Shown piece after piece: positions 8,301-18,070 of a DNA stretch of 64,000 nt. Source of the stretch: an uncultured Candidatus Poseidoniales archaeon. Lineage in GTDB: Archaea > Thermoplasmatota > Poseidoniia > Poseidoniales > Poseidoniaceae. Each line of letters opens with the position of its first letter. Position 1 is the stretch's first letter. The position numbers and the translations under genes were made by a program. Location: contig CAJIYT010000013.1 of assembly GCA_905181715.1 (NCBI GenBank), positions 10,942 through 74,941 on the forward strand, read 5' to 3'. Under the pieces are notes generated by a model. The model was not told the origin of the DNA and ran no database searches. It saw only the letters and a list, made by a program, of their open reading frames with translations.

Positions 8301-9469
8301 CAAATCTCCCTCCCCAAAATATGCACAGCACAAGTTGCTCCACTGCCACCTACATTGTGACACAGTGCATCTTCGACATCTAGAACCTGGCGGGATGGTT
8401 CGACCTCGTTTCTTAATTGCTTGAATGCCTCTACGATTTGTCCGACGCCAGTAGAACCTAGTGGGTGACCTTTAGACTTCAGTCCTCCACTCGGATTGAT
8501 TGTGACATCTCCTTGGTTGAGAATGCCGCGCCCCTCGCGAGCAAAAAGGCCGCCTTCGCCGCGATTGGCAAATCCAAGGTCTTCACATGCCATCACTTCA
8601 GCTATGGTAAAACAGTCATGTACCTCGGCTAATCCTATGTCATTAGCCGTTAAACCAGACATAGAATAGGCTTTTTTCGCTGCACGTTGACTAGCGAGGA
8701 TCTGTGTGGATGATTCACGGTCATGTAAGGCAAGATAATCCGAGGCTGCACCACTGCCTTTTACCCATACTGGTGTATCACTTAGTTTGCGAGCCACGTG
8801 GTCTGCTGCTAATATCACACAAGACGCACCATCTGAAGTTGGGCAACAATCGTAGAGAGTCAACGGGTCGGCGACCATGAAACCGGAGGCTGCTTTTTCA
8901 AAAGAGACCTCCTTGCGAATATGTGCGACTTCGTTTGCAAACCCATGTGCATGGTTTTTGACTGCAACGTGGACTAAATCATCATGATTGGAGTCAAACT
9001 CATGGAAATATCGCCGAGCCATCAATGCATAGGTTGCAGGAAATGTAAGTCCAGCAAGTCTCTCCCACTCGGTATCACCACTAACTCCAAGCCAGAAGCG
9101 CTTTCTCTCCGGTGTCAAATCATTCATCTTCTCGATACCGCCTGCGACCACGACATCTGCTTCGCCACTTTTGATCGCCATCCAAGCATCACGGAATGCA
9201 AAACCAGAGGATGCACAGGCATTCTCTACACGACGCACAGAAATACCTTCCATTCCAGAATGTTCGGTCATTAATGCTGCAGTATTGCCAATTTGTTGGC
9301 CGCCGAAAGCGGTACTACCGATATAGGCCTCTTCGATCAAAGAGGACTCTAAGCCCTTGTCAACACTTGATATTGCCTTCTGGGCTGCCTCAGCCCACAT
9401 TTCTTTCAATGTTGATGAAAGATTGCCATATGGTGTCTGGCCGGCACCGATGATGGCGACATCTACCAT
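8300..9469 (-). CDS. acetyl-CoA C-acetyltransferase (archaeal thiolase, SCP-x type)
   Basis: MVDVAIIGAGQTPYG start, active-site region VENACASSG, and C-terminal NPSGGLKSKGHPLGSTG and CHNVGGSG thiolase signatures. Start taken at ATG 9469; the track ORF extends to 9529. Confidence 0.85.
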   Translation of the reverse strand: MVDVAIIGAGQTPYGNLSSTLKEMWAEAAQKAISSVDKGLESSLIEEAYIGSTAFGGQQIGNTAALMTEHSGMEGISVRRVENACASSGFAFRDAWMAIKSGEADVVVAGGIEKMNDLTPERKRFWLGVSGDTEWERLAGLTFPATYALMARRYFHEFDSNHDDLVHVAVKNHAHGFANEVAHIRKEVSFEKAASGFMVADPLTLYDCCPTSDGASCVILAADHVARKLSDTPVWVKGSGAASDYLALHDRESSTQILASQRAAKKAYSMSGLTANDIGLAEVHDCFTIAEVMACEDLGFANRGEGGLFAREGRGILNQGDVTINPSGGLKSKGHPLGSTGVGQIVEAFKQLRNEVEPSRQVLDVEDALCHNVGGSGATCAVHILGREI

Positions 9470-9560
9470 ATGACCGCCAGCATCACTTTGCTGTTGAACC
9501 TCTCGGTCGTTTTGGTGCATAGGATTCAAGAACAGGCCCCTTGTCGACGAGTCGATTGCG

Positions 9561-10253
9561 ATGTTACGTCAATGTAGATCCCACGGCCATTTTGTTGGTA
9601 GCAACTGCCCAGAATGCAATGCTGAAGGCAAGTTTATCATGTCAGATAGAGAGATGAATAGTATAGGTCGCATCCTTGCACTGGTTTTGCGTCATGCTCC
9701 GGAGAAATTTGGTATCGAGATGGATATCAACGGCTGGGTAAACGCACTCGACCTTTCGGTAAAGGTGCAAGAGCAACGTCGTAACTTCCACTGGTTGAGG
9801 AAGTGGCACTTTGAAGCCATTGCTTCGACAGACGACAAAGGTCGATACCAGGTCGAGGGAGATATGATCAGGGCAACCTACGGTCATTCTCTCGAACTTG
9901 AACTGGATCTGCCAACTGATAATATTCCTGATGAGTTATACTGGCCTTGTGAAGAGGACGCAGTAGAAACCCTACTTGAATATGGAATTACCAAAGGTGA
10001 GCGCAAGCACATTCACCTCTCCAAAACCATCGCCAATGCAATGGAAGCAGGCCATGTGAGAATCTCTAGGCCGACCATCCTCGAAGTGGATACCGTTCGT
10101 GCAATCGCTGAAGGAAACATCATTTGGCGTGCAGGAAAGACTGTTTTCCTCTGTGAAGGAGTCCCAGCGGAATTCCTTTGCAAGGTCGATTCCGATGATC
10201 CAGTCATCCAAGAGATGGTTGCGACTTGGGAAAAAGAAGAAGAAGAAGAGTGA
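9561..10253 (+). CDS. kptA: RNA 2'-phosphotransferase Tpt1/KptA with N-terminal zinc ribbon
   Basis: LALVLRHAPEKFGIEMDINGWV, GRYQVEGDMIRATYGHS and HIHLS motifs of the Tpt1 family. N-terminal C-x2-H...CPEC ribbon and a poly-Glu C-terminus. Confidence 0.8.
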   Translation: MLRQCRSHGHFVGSNCPECNAEGKFIMSDREMNSIGRILALVLRHAPEKFGIEMDINGWVNALDLSVKVQEQRRNFHWLRKWHFEAIASTDDKGRYQVEGDMIRATYGHSLELELDLPTDNIPDELYWPCEEDAVETLLEYGITKGERKHIHLSKTIANAMEAGHVRISRPTILEVDTVRAIAEGNIIWRAGKTVFLCEGVPAEFLCKVDSDDPVIQEMVATWEKEEEEE

Positions 10254-10254
10254 T

Positions 10255-10626
10255 TCACTCAAAATAATGTCCACAAGATGGGCAGAAGTCTAACCCTCCT
10301 TCGATTAGTGCGGAGCACTTGTTGCATGAGCCTACTGCTGATGCCGCCGGAGTGTGGCTCCTACGGGCAGCAGCCATCTCCTCGTCGGCGATAGCTTCTA
10401 CCATCTTTAACGGGTCACGTCCTAATTTCATCACATGCTTCCAGCGATTGCTAAAGGTGATCGCTTCCTGCATGGCAGCCTCGATTTGCCATTGCCTTTG
10501 ACCTCGCTCCTCCTTATCGGGGATCTTGTCTGCAATATCCATCTCGGCCTGAAGTTGACGGAGAAATTCATCAAGAGTCGGCTCACCACTCTTCTCATCC
10601 ATGCCATTGCTAACAACGGCTCCCAT
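10255..10626 (-). CDS. hypothetical protein with C-terminal zinc ribbon
   Basis: ATG 10626 avoids overlap with the divergent ipk gene. Helical N-terminal part, then CNKC-x10-CPSC at the C-terminus. Confidence 0.45.
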   Translation of the reverse strand: MGAVVSNGMDEKSGEPTLDEFLRQLQAEMDIADKIPDKEERGQRQWQIEAAMQEAITFSNRWKHVMKLGRDPLKMVEAIADEEMAAARRSHTPAASAVGSCNKCSALIEGGLDFCPSCGHYFE

Positions 10627-10672
10627 TTCAAACCATGCGAACCAATTTGACCAACCTACGCCAGCGTGAACT

Positions 10673-11434
10673 ATGACCGGCGAGTTGATCGTGCTAAAAT
10701 GGGGCGGCGGTCTCATCACTCACAAGTCAGATGAGTGTAGCCCTGACCTTGAGTCAATAGCCGAACTTTCCAAAGTAGTAAACACCTTGATCTCTGAAGG
10801 TAATGAACTTATTTTGGTTCATGGTGCTGGTTCATATGGTCATATCAAAGCAAAAAAATCCCGCTTATCTGAAGGTGATATTGGTCTAATTGGTCAATTG
10901 GAAGCAGTTGCAGAAGTTCGAAAAGATATGTTGGAATTGAATCGGTTGGTGATGAAAGATTTGGATGGCGAGGCTTATCCTCCCCACTTATGGGCTACAG
11001 AAACCGGCCCCGATTTCCACGGGAAATTACCCCTCAACCCTCCTTTGACAATTGTTTTCGGGGATGTAGTTGATTGTGCTAATAATTCATGGGGTATCTT
11101 GTCTGGTGATGATCTAGTTCTTCGCTATGCAATAGAATGCAACGCTGCACGAGTTGTTTTTGCAATTCGTGGCGTAGATGGTTTGCTTACGGCTCCACCT
11201 GATGAGGGTGGTGAATTAATTGAGGAAATACATGGTCGTGCAGACTACCGTGGTTCTCATAGTGAAGGTATTGACGTCACTGGTGGTATTTCTCTAAAAG
11301 TGATAAGGGCTGAAAAAATAGCATTATCTGGGATTGAAGTTTACTTCGTTAATGGCGAAAATATGAACTCGGTTTACAATGCCTGTAGCGGGAAAACGGC
11401 GACTGGGACTAAATTCTTCAGCCGGAATGCTTGA
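10673..11434 (+). CDS. ipk: isopentenyl phosphate kinase (amino-acid kinase fold)
   Basis: IVLKWGGGLITHK and LVHGAGSYGH motifs are typical of archaeal IPK. It sits 37 nt upstream of the IDI::GGPPS gene. Confidence 0.8.
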   Translation: MTGELIVLKWGGGLITHKSDECSPDLESIAELSKVVNTLISEGNELILVHGAGSYGHIKAKKSRLSEGDIGLIGQLEAVAEVRKDMLELNRLVMKDLDGEAYPPHLWATETGPDFHGKLPLNPPLTIVFGDVVDCANNSWGILSGDDLVLRYAIECNAARVVFAIRGVDGLLTAPPDEGGELIEEIHGRADYRGSHSEGIDVTGGISLKVIRAEKIALSGIEVYFVNGENMNSVYNACSGKTATGTKFFSRNA

Positions 11435-11471
11435 AGTAGCCGAGACGCGACGAAGGGTTTGAGGGAGTAAC

Positions 11472-13196
11472 ATGGCTTCGTACGACGTTGATGACGTTCC
11501 AACCCAGGACATAGGCTCTATTGCCGCTTCTGTCCTTTCAGCAAGTGATGCTGAACAGAGTAAATTAATGTCAGAATCAGTGATTCTAGTTGATGAATGG
11601 GACAATTACCTCGGTAGTGCTTCTAAGGCAGACTGTCACTACGGTGCAGGTGCTTATCATCGTGCATTCAGTGTCCTATTATTCGGAAGTGATAATCGCC
11701 TATTATTGCAAAAGAGAGCAGCAGATAAGATAACCTTTCCAGGGGTTTGGGCTAACTCATGTTGTTCGCACCCTTTGGCTTCAGATGAGGAAATGGATCT
11801 TGAAAACGCCATTGGAGTGAAAAGGGCGGCTATACGTAAACTTGAGCAAGAACTTGGCATAAACCCTGAACAAATATCGGTTGATGATTTTTCATTCATC
11901 ACCCGCATGCGTTATCAATCTCGCATGAACCAAGAATGGATTGAACGTGAAATAGATCATATTCTAATCATTCGTGCGGATGTCGATATAGCAGCAAATC
12001 CCAATGAAGTAGATGAGGTTCGCTGGGTTAGTCGTGATGAACTCGAAGATATGCTAATTGATGAGGGTGACGAGATAATCGCACCCTGGTTCAGATGTAT
12101 AGCTGCTCGTCTGATGGATGTCAAGTGGTGGGAAGGCGTCCCAGAATATGATGACAAAATCCATGATATGGGCGATGTATCGCACATGCTCGCTTCGGCA
12201 ATAGGTGCTGATTTGACCACCAGTATCGCCGAAGTTAAGCCTTTGGTGGAAAAACGAATCGAAAGAGCGTTGACACACACTTCGCACAAGAGACTCTCTG
12301 ACGCCATGATGCATTTGGTCGATGGTGGAGGTAAGAGACTGCGTGCAACCCTACCTTGGCTTGTGGCTAAGGCGGTTGGCGACACGCATGCAGGAATGCT
12401 AGATGTTGGAGCAGCAATCGAGACCATCCATAATTTCACCTTGGTTCATGATGATATCATGGACGATGATAATATCCGTCGTGGCCGTCCAGCAGTCCAC
12501 ATAGAATACGGATTGCCGACAGCGATAAACGCAGGCGATGCAATGTTAGCTATCGCCTTCGAAGCGTTATCGGTTGCAGAAGGTCTTGACCCGTTGATGT
12601 TACCCTTCCTCGTAAAGAGAATTGGACGTATGGTGCGAAGAGTATCAGAAGGACAACAACTCGACATAGAATTCGAGGATAGGCTTGCGGTTAGTGAGGA
12701 TGAATACCTTGAGATGATTAGAGGCAAAACCGCAGTGATGTTCCTCACCTGTGCTGAAGTAGGTGCACATATGGCAGGAGCAGATGATGAAACAATTCAA
12801 TGCATGCATGATTGGGGTTTAGCTATTGGAATGTGCTTCCAATTAATGGATGATTTGATTGACGTTATTTCAGATTCAGAGATCTTGGGCAAACCGTCAG
12901 GTAGTGACGTCATACAGGGAAAGCGCACACTGATGGTAATACATGCACTTGCTCAAGATGATTGCAAAGCCAAGCAAGATTTACTCTCTGTTTTGGGAAT
13001 TGGTGCTGAAGCTAGTGCCGAGCAGATAGCATTGGGCCGTGATTCTCTCGAAGAACTTGGATCTATTACCTATGCACGTGAAAAAGCCGAGGCTTATCAT
13101 GCAACAGCGCATCTCTGCTTAGACCGCATTGCAGATAGTCCTGCACTAAAGGCACTTAGGGAATTGACCGATCATCAACTAAATCGAATCAGCTAA
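11472..13196 (+). CDS. fusion protein: type-1 isopentenyl-diphosphate isomerase (Nudix fold) + trans-polyprenyl (geranylgeranyl) diphosphate synthase
   Basis: The N-terminal half carries HRAFSVLLF, LLLQKRAADKITFPGVWANSCCSHPL, EREIDHIL and PWF (eukaryote-like IDI1). The C-terminal half carries FARM LVHDDIMDDD (about 12450-12470) and SARM FQLMDDLIDV, plus GKPSGSD..GKRT. GAGGGAG SD precedes ATG 11472. Confidence 0.85.
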   Translation: MASYDVDDVPTQDIGSIAASVLSASDAEQSKLMSESVILVDEWDNYLGSASKADCHYGAGAYHRAFSVLLFGSDNRLLLQKRAADKITFPGVWANSCCSHPLASDEEMDLENAIGVKRAAIRKLEQELGINPEQISVDDFSFITRMRYQSRMNQEWIEREIDHILIIRADVDIAANPNEVDEVRWVSRDELEDMLIDEGDEIIAPWFRCIAARLMDVKWWEGVPEYDDKIHDMGDVSHMLASAIGADLTTSIAEVKPLVEKRIERALTHTSHKRLSDAMMHLVDGGGKRLRATLPWLVAKAVGDTHAGMLDVGAAIETIHNFTLVHDDIMDDDNIRRGRPAVHIEYGLPTAINAGDAMLAIAFEALSVAEGLDPLMLPFLVKRIGRMVRRVSEGQQLDIEFEDRLAVSEDEYLEMIRGKTAVMFLTCAEVGAHMAGADDETIQCMHDWGLAIGMCFQLMDDLIDVISDSEILGKPSGSDVIQGKRTLMVIHALAQDDCKAKQDLLSVLGIGAEASAEQIALGRDSLEELGSITYAREKAEAYHATAHLCLDRIADSPALKALRELTDHQLNRIS

Positions 13197-13273
13197 TCAA
13201 TTCAGTGATAATGGCTACATCGTAGCAGTTTGTTAAGCGCTATCAACTCGTAAATCTTCCTTGAAGGAAATAT

Positions 13274-15481
13274 TCACTCGCCGTAGTATTCTTCACCTGG
13301 TGGTACCTCTTTGAGGCCCTTCCTTTGGCGTATAGATGCTACAACCTTGTCGAATAATTGAGGGGGTAGTATCTCGAATCCAGTGTTTTCTGAATTCCAG
13401 ATCGCACGTCCTTGACTAGCAGCACGGATATCATTGGAGAATCCGAAGGTCTCTGCGACAGGTAGAGTTCCGATTACAGTGGTTACCTCGCCATCTGCTG
13501 GCATATCTTCGATAATTCCACGGCGATTGGTTATCTCTCTAGTGACTTGACCTAGCCAGTCATTAGGAACGCTGACTTGAGTCTTCTGCATTGGCTCCAT
13601 TATGACGGTACGTGATCTTAGCATAGCGCCTTTGATTGCATTTCTGACAGCAGGGATTGTCTGAGCAGGTCCACGGTGGATAGCATCCTCGTGCAACTTT
13701 GCATCGACGAGCCTGACCATCATTCCCATGACCGGTTCATCAGCAATAGGTCCACGCTTGCAGACTTCATTGAATGCTTCAACAATCAATTCCTTGGTCT
13801 CGTGCAGGTTCTGAATACCTTTGGTATCATTTACTAGAACATTGGTTCCGAAAACCGAGTATGTCTTGCGCATTTGATCTTTATCCATGCCATACTCTGC
13901 GAATTTACGACCGATTTCCTTTGCATCATTTGGTCTGACATTTCCAGAGTGGATATTTCCTTCCCTTAGGGCTACAACAACTTCTTCGCTGAGTGGTTCA
14001 CATTCTATGAAGAATTTATTGTGGCGGTTTGGAGACTTTCCTTCAAAGGAACGGCCCTTGTTGTTACCTTCGACACCTTCACGATAAACTACGATTGGTT
14101 CAGAGACGCTAACTTTGATATGCTGCTCTTCTTCCAACCTGTAGACTGTAATCTCTAGGTGCAATTCTCCCATTCCAGCAAGTAGAGCTTCTCCAGTTTC
14201 CTGGTTGGTCGTAACCTGTAGTGATGCATCGGATTTTGCTAGGGTTCGCAGAGCATCGATGAACTTTGGTAAGTCCTTCATGCTCTTTGGTTCAACTGCT
14301 ACAGTAACCACAGGGTCTGAGTAGTGGCGAATTGGCTCAAAGGGCTCGAAATCTCCTTTTGAAGCAACGGTGACACCAGCGGCAGCACTGCGAATTCCAG
14401 TTAGGGCTGCGATATTTCCAGCAACGACTGAAGGCACGGTAATTCTGTCACCTCCGACCATCATGCTGACTTGTTGGACTCTCTCAGGCTTACTAGCGCC
14501 TATTGCCCAGATGATTTCACCCTGGGTGATAGAGCCAGAGTAGATTCTACCAACCGCTACTTCTCCTGCGTGTGGGTCCATCCAAATCTTTGTAATCATC
14601 ATAGCAAGGTCTGCCTTGGGGTCACATTCCATCATAGCTTTTCCAATAGGGCTCTCTAGATCGCCTTGCCAAATATTTGGGATACGGTATCTCTGTGCCT
14701 CGACTGGACCTGGTAGTTTTGAAACCGCCATGTCTAGTAGAACTTCGTGCACTGGAGCCTTGCGTGACAATTCTTTCTGGTCTTCATTGTGGCAATATTC
14801 GAATATATCCTTGAAGGAGATTCCAGTTCGAGCCATGAAAGGAACGGTGATTCCCCAGTTATGATATGCTGAACCAAATGCAACGGTTCCATCTTGGACG
14901 CTGACTTGCCATGACTTCTTCTTCTCGTCTGGTGCGAATTGCTTAATCAGACGGTTGACCTTAGCAATTGTTTCTTTGAATCGCTCCATCATGTCCTCTG
15001 GGGTAACTTGTAATTCATTGATCAGGCGGTCTACCTTATTGATGAACAAAACTGGCTTAACCTTCTCCTTTAGAGCTTGGCGAACCACCGTTTCGGTCTG
15101 AGGCATTGGGCCTTCAACAGCACAAGCAAGGATAAAACATCCATCTACTGCACGCATTGCTCGGGTGACGTCGCCACCAAAATCTACGTGCCCAGGGGTA
15201 TCGATCAAATTGATGAGGTAATCCTCATCACCGACAGTGTGAACCATAGAAGCAGATGCTGCGTTGATAGTAATTCCACGAGCGCTCTCTTGATCATCGA
15301 AGTCGAGAACACGGCTCTTACCAGCCAAGTCTTCAGACATCATTCCTGCGCCAGCAATCAAATTATCGGACAGTGTTGTCTTTCCGTGATCGATGTGTGC
15401 AGCGATGCACAGATTGCGAATTTGTGGCAGGTGATGCATCACTTCAGTTGCACGCTTGATATTGTCTTCCTTTCTGCCCAT
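13274..15481 (-). CDS. fusA: translation elongation factor 2 (aEF-2)
   Basis: GTPase motifs AHIDHGKTTLSD, DTPGHVDF and NKVD, and the diphthamide-site region LHEDAIHRGPAQ. ATG 15481 is preceded by an AGGTG SD. Confidence 0.95.
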   Translation of the reverse strand: MGRKEDNIKRATEVMHHLPQIRNLCIAAHIDHGKTTLSDNLIAGAGMMSEDLAGKSRVLDFDDQESARGITINAASASMVHTVGDEDYLINLIDTPGHVDFGGDVTRAMRAVDGCFILACAVEGPMPQTETVVRQALKEKVKPVLFINKVDRLINELQVTPEDMMERFKETIAKVNRLIKQFAPDEKKKSWQVSVQDGTVAFGSAYHNWGITVPFMARTGISFKDIFEYCHNEDQKELSRKAPVHEVLLDMAVSKLPGPVEAQRYRIPNIWQGDLESPIGKAMMECDPKADLAMMITKIWMDPHAGEVAVGRIYSGSITQGEIIWAIGASKPERVQQVSMMVGGDRITVPSVVAGNIAALTGIRSAAAGVTVASKGDFEPFEPIRHYSDPVVTVAVEPKSMKDLPKFIDALRTLAKSDASLQVTTNQETGEALLAGMGELHLEITVYRLEEEQHIKVSVSEPIVVYREGVEGNNKGRSFEGKSPNRHNKFFIECEPLSEEVVVALREGNIHSGNVRPNDAKEIGRKFAEYGMDKDQMRKTYSVFGTNVLVNDTKGIQNLHETKELIVEAFNEVCKRGPIADEPVMGMMVRLVDAKLHEDAIHRGPAQTIPAVRNAIKGAMLRSRTVIMEPMQKTQVSVPNDWLGQVTREITNRRGIIEDMPADGEVTTVIGTLPVAETFGFSNDIRAASQGRAIWNSENTGFEILPPQLFDKVVASIRQRKGLKEVPPGEEYYGE

Positions 15482-15585
15482 GGTAAACACCTTTGTGGAT
15501 GTGTCGGCCACCTGCAAGGGGTTTATGAAACCGACTCATATTACGCTTGTTCAATCAAGCAACTGAGAACAGATGGCTACTGTTA

Positions 15586-16224
15586 TCAGCGGGCGGAAGC
15601 AGCGATACGTTGAACTTCTTCTTTCTTGGAAACTGCAAAGGAAGTCATATCACCAGTACTGGCCTTTGTAATCTCAGCGACGATACACTGAGTCAAGGTC
15701 TTCTTCGACTTTCTAGTCCCTTGTTGTGCACCTTTTGCAAGGTGGCTCAAAGCGACATCGAGTCTGCGAGATGGTGAGGAATCAACAGCTTTTGGCTGAG
15801 AGACTGCACCGAATTTGATTCTGGTGATCTCTTCCATAGGTGCGCCGAAGCATATTGCGTCGACGAAGACTTGTAGGGGGTTCGCTCCTGAGCGCTCGGC
15901 TATAACGTCGAGTGCAGCATCGAATGCTTTGATCGAACCCATTTTCTTACCGGTGTACTTTCCGGTTCGCATTAACTTGTTGATGAATCGCTCTACAACT
16001 GAAAGGCGTGCTTTTCCGAACCATGCATTTGCGTGACGGCCACCGGAGTGCGGTGCGCCGACGGTGCTGAGATTGATGTATGGAGCAAGCCCAGGGTCTC
16101 TGCAAGTAACTTCACTCGCATCCCACTTGCCAAATACCAAAGTTCCAATACCAGCAATAGGGCGAATCTCTTCGCTCTCTTCGCTGACGATTTCCTCTTC
16201 TACTACAACTTCCTCGTCAGACAT
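15586..16224 (-). CDS. rps7: 30S ribosomal protein S7 (uS7) with acidic N-terminal extension
   Basis: Archaeal S7 core (LVFGKWD..., INKLMRTGKYTGKK...). It occupies the str-operon position between S12 and EF-2. Confidence 0.9.
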   Translation of the reverse strand: MSDEEVVVEEEIVSEESEEIRPIAGIGTLVFGKWDASEVTCRDPGLAPYINLSTVGAPHSGGRHANAWFGKARLSVVERFINKLMRTGKYTGKKMGSIKAFDAALDVIAERSGANPLQVFVDAICFGAPMEEITRIKFGAVSQPKAVDSSPSRRLDVALSHLAKGAQQGTRKSKKTLTQCIVAEITKASTGDMTSFAVSKKEEVQRIAASAR

Positions 16225-16230
16225 GGTAAA

Positions 16231-16659
16231 TCACCTAATTGGCTTCTCCTTACGCCCTCTGACCATCTCATCTAGCGAGACGCCGTTGACTTGAATTACT
16301 TTGTAGCGGACTCCAGGTATGTCACCATACGAACGACCCTTACTACCGCCGATACCTTCGACCATGACTTCATCGTGTTCATCGATGAAGTTGATTGCAC
16401 CATCGCCGGGAGCGAAAGCTGTGAGTTTGTTTCCGTTCTTAATTAGAGAAATCTTGACCGCCTTGCGGATTCCGGAGTTAGGTTGTTTAGCTTCGATACC
16501 GACCTTTTCAGTAACGATACCTTTTGCCTGAGTTGAGCCAGCCAAAGGGTCGTGCTTAGCGCGACTCTGTAGCATTCTCTGCTTGTAACGACGGTCAGTC
16601 CATCTGAACTTCTGTCGATCCTTGGCCATTTTTGATCCACCGAACAATCCTCGACCCAT
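16231..16659 (-). CDS. rps12: 30S ribosomal protein S12 (uS12)
   Basis: [30 protein letters not shown] and [20 protein letters not shown] motifs. AGAGGGT SD lies upstream of the ATG. Confidence 0.95.
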   Translation of the reverse strand: MGRGLFGGSKMAKDRQKFRWTDRRYKQRMLQSRAKHDPLAGSTQAKGIVTEKVGIEAKQPNSGIRKAVKISLIKNGNKLTAFAPGDGAINFIDEHDEVMVEGIGGSKGRSYGDIPGVRYKVIQVNGVSLDEMVRGRKEKPIR

Positions 16660-16793
16660 GATATACCCTCTTTAGAAGCAGTCTTGCGACCTACCTCCCC
16701 TATTTCATGGTGCCGATGTGCTTCGGCTCATTGCGAGGACATACGGCTGCTTGCCATACCAATATTGAAGGATGCCATTCATCTGGAACGTAC

Positions 16794-18059
16794 ATGGCCT
16801 TCAGGGATGCACTTAGTGCAGCAACACTTGTCAGCGACACAGTAAGTCTGATCCATGAGATGTTTGACATATCTCGCGATAGAGGCCATGAGATGTTAAT
16901 ATTTGATTCCATCGAACAAGCACCCGGCCATAGAGTAGCCATCAATTTCCTGACCCGAAACCGAATCTGTGCAGCACTCAATATCAAACCTGAAGAGTTC
17001 CTTGACCTTTTACAATGGGCAATGAATAATCCTTCTACTCCAGAGATGGTCGAAGAAGGTCTGGTCCAACAATGCACACAATCCCCCGTTGATTTGAAAG
17101 TATTACCAATTCCTCATCACTGGCGTCAAGACCGTGGGCGTTACATGTCAGCTAGTGTGATAATCGCCGAACAAGATGGTGTTCGAAATATGAGTTTCCA
17201 TCGCCAATTTCTCCGTGATGAGAATCACCTCGTAGCAAGATTGGTTCCACGCCATTTGCGCTCTATGACCGACAAATCTTTGGCTGAAAACAAGGAATTA
17301 CCAATTGCCATCATCAATGCACCCGATCCCGTGGTCTTACTTGCTGCCGCTATGTCTTTTGATCACAACCTCGATGAGTTGACCGTCGCTGCTGCATTGC
17401 ATGAGAAGATTTACTCACGACCTTTACAATTAGTCAAACTTCCAAATGGCATCTCTGTTCCAGCAGATGCAGAATATGCTATGTGGGGTAGTATTACCCC
17501 CGAATGCGATGATGAGGGGCCATATGTTGACATTACAGGGACAGTTGATGACGTCCGTCAAGAACCGGTTATTCGAATAGATGGAGTTCATCATCGTCAA
17601 GATCCTATCTTCCATGCACTGATTCCTGCTGCTTCCGAACACATCACTCTGATGGGCTTGCCAAGGGCTCCAACTATCAAGCAAGCAGTCAATGAGGTCT
17701 GTGAATGCCTTGACGTACATATGACTGAAGGTGGTTGTGGTTGGTTAGCTGCAGTAGTAAAAATCAAGGTCAAGCATCCAGATGATGCAAAAAAGGCGAT
17801 TATGGCGGCACTTGCTGGTCATCGTTCGATGAAAATGGTGACTGTTGTCGATGAGGATATCGATATCGAAGACCCGGTTAGGGTAGAATGGGCTTTAATG
17901 ACCAGATGGCAACCTGACCGTGACACTATCATCCTTAGCGGTGAGAAAGGTAGTAGCCTTGATCCAACACGTGATGAAAACGGGTTGACCAGTAAGATTG
18001 GCTATGATGCTTGTATCCCCTATGGTTTAGACCATGGTCCATTCACCTCTGTTCAGTGA
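16794..18059 (+). CDS. UbiD-family (prFMN-dependent) decarboxylase
   Basis: Colinear with the UbiD family over its length (RNMSFHRQFL, ARLVPRHL, GPYVDITG, E-rich metal/prFMN region). ATG 16794 was chosen over the longer track ORF, whose N-terminus is Cys/His-rich junk facing the S12 promoter. Confidence 0.8.
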   Translation: MAFRDALSAATLVSDTVSLIHEMFDISRDRGHEMLIFDSIEQAPGHRVAINFLTRNRICAALNIKPEEFLDLLQWAMNNPSTPEMVEEGLVQQCTQSPVDLKVLPIPHHWRQDRGRYMSASVIIAEQDGVRNMSFHRQFLRDENHLVARLVPRHLRSMTDKSLAENKELPIAIINAPDPVVLLAAAMSFDHNLDELTVAAALHEKIYSRPLQLVKLPNGISVPADAEYAMWGSITPECDDEGPYVDITGTVDDVRQEPVIRIDGVHHRQDPIFHALIPAASEHITLMGLPRAPTIKQAVNEVCECLDVHMTEGGCGWLAAVVKIKVKHPDDAKKAIMAALAGHRSMKMVTVVDEDIDIEDPVRVEWALMTRWQPDRDTIILSGEKGSSLDPTRDENGLTSKIGYDACIPYGLDHGPFTSVQ

Positions 18060-18070
18060 GTTTGGTAAAG

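Noticed and set aside
13197-13273. 77-nt convergent spacer between the GGPPS and EF-2 genes, examined for a tRNA or terminator
   Set aside because: No cloverleaf-compatible sequence is present. There is only a weak TTCCTT-G-AAGGAA palindrome (13257-13269) with a 1-nt loop, which is unlikely to fold stably.
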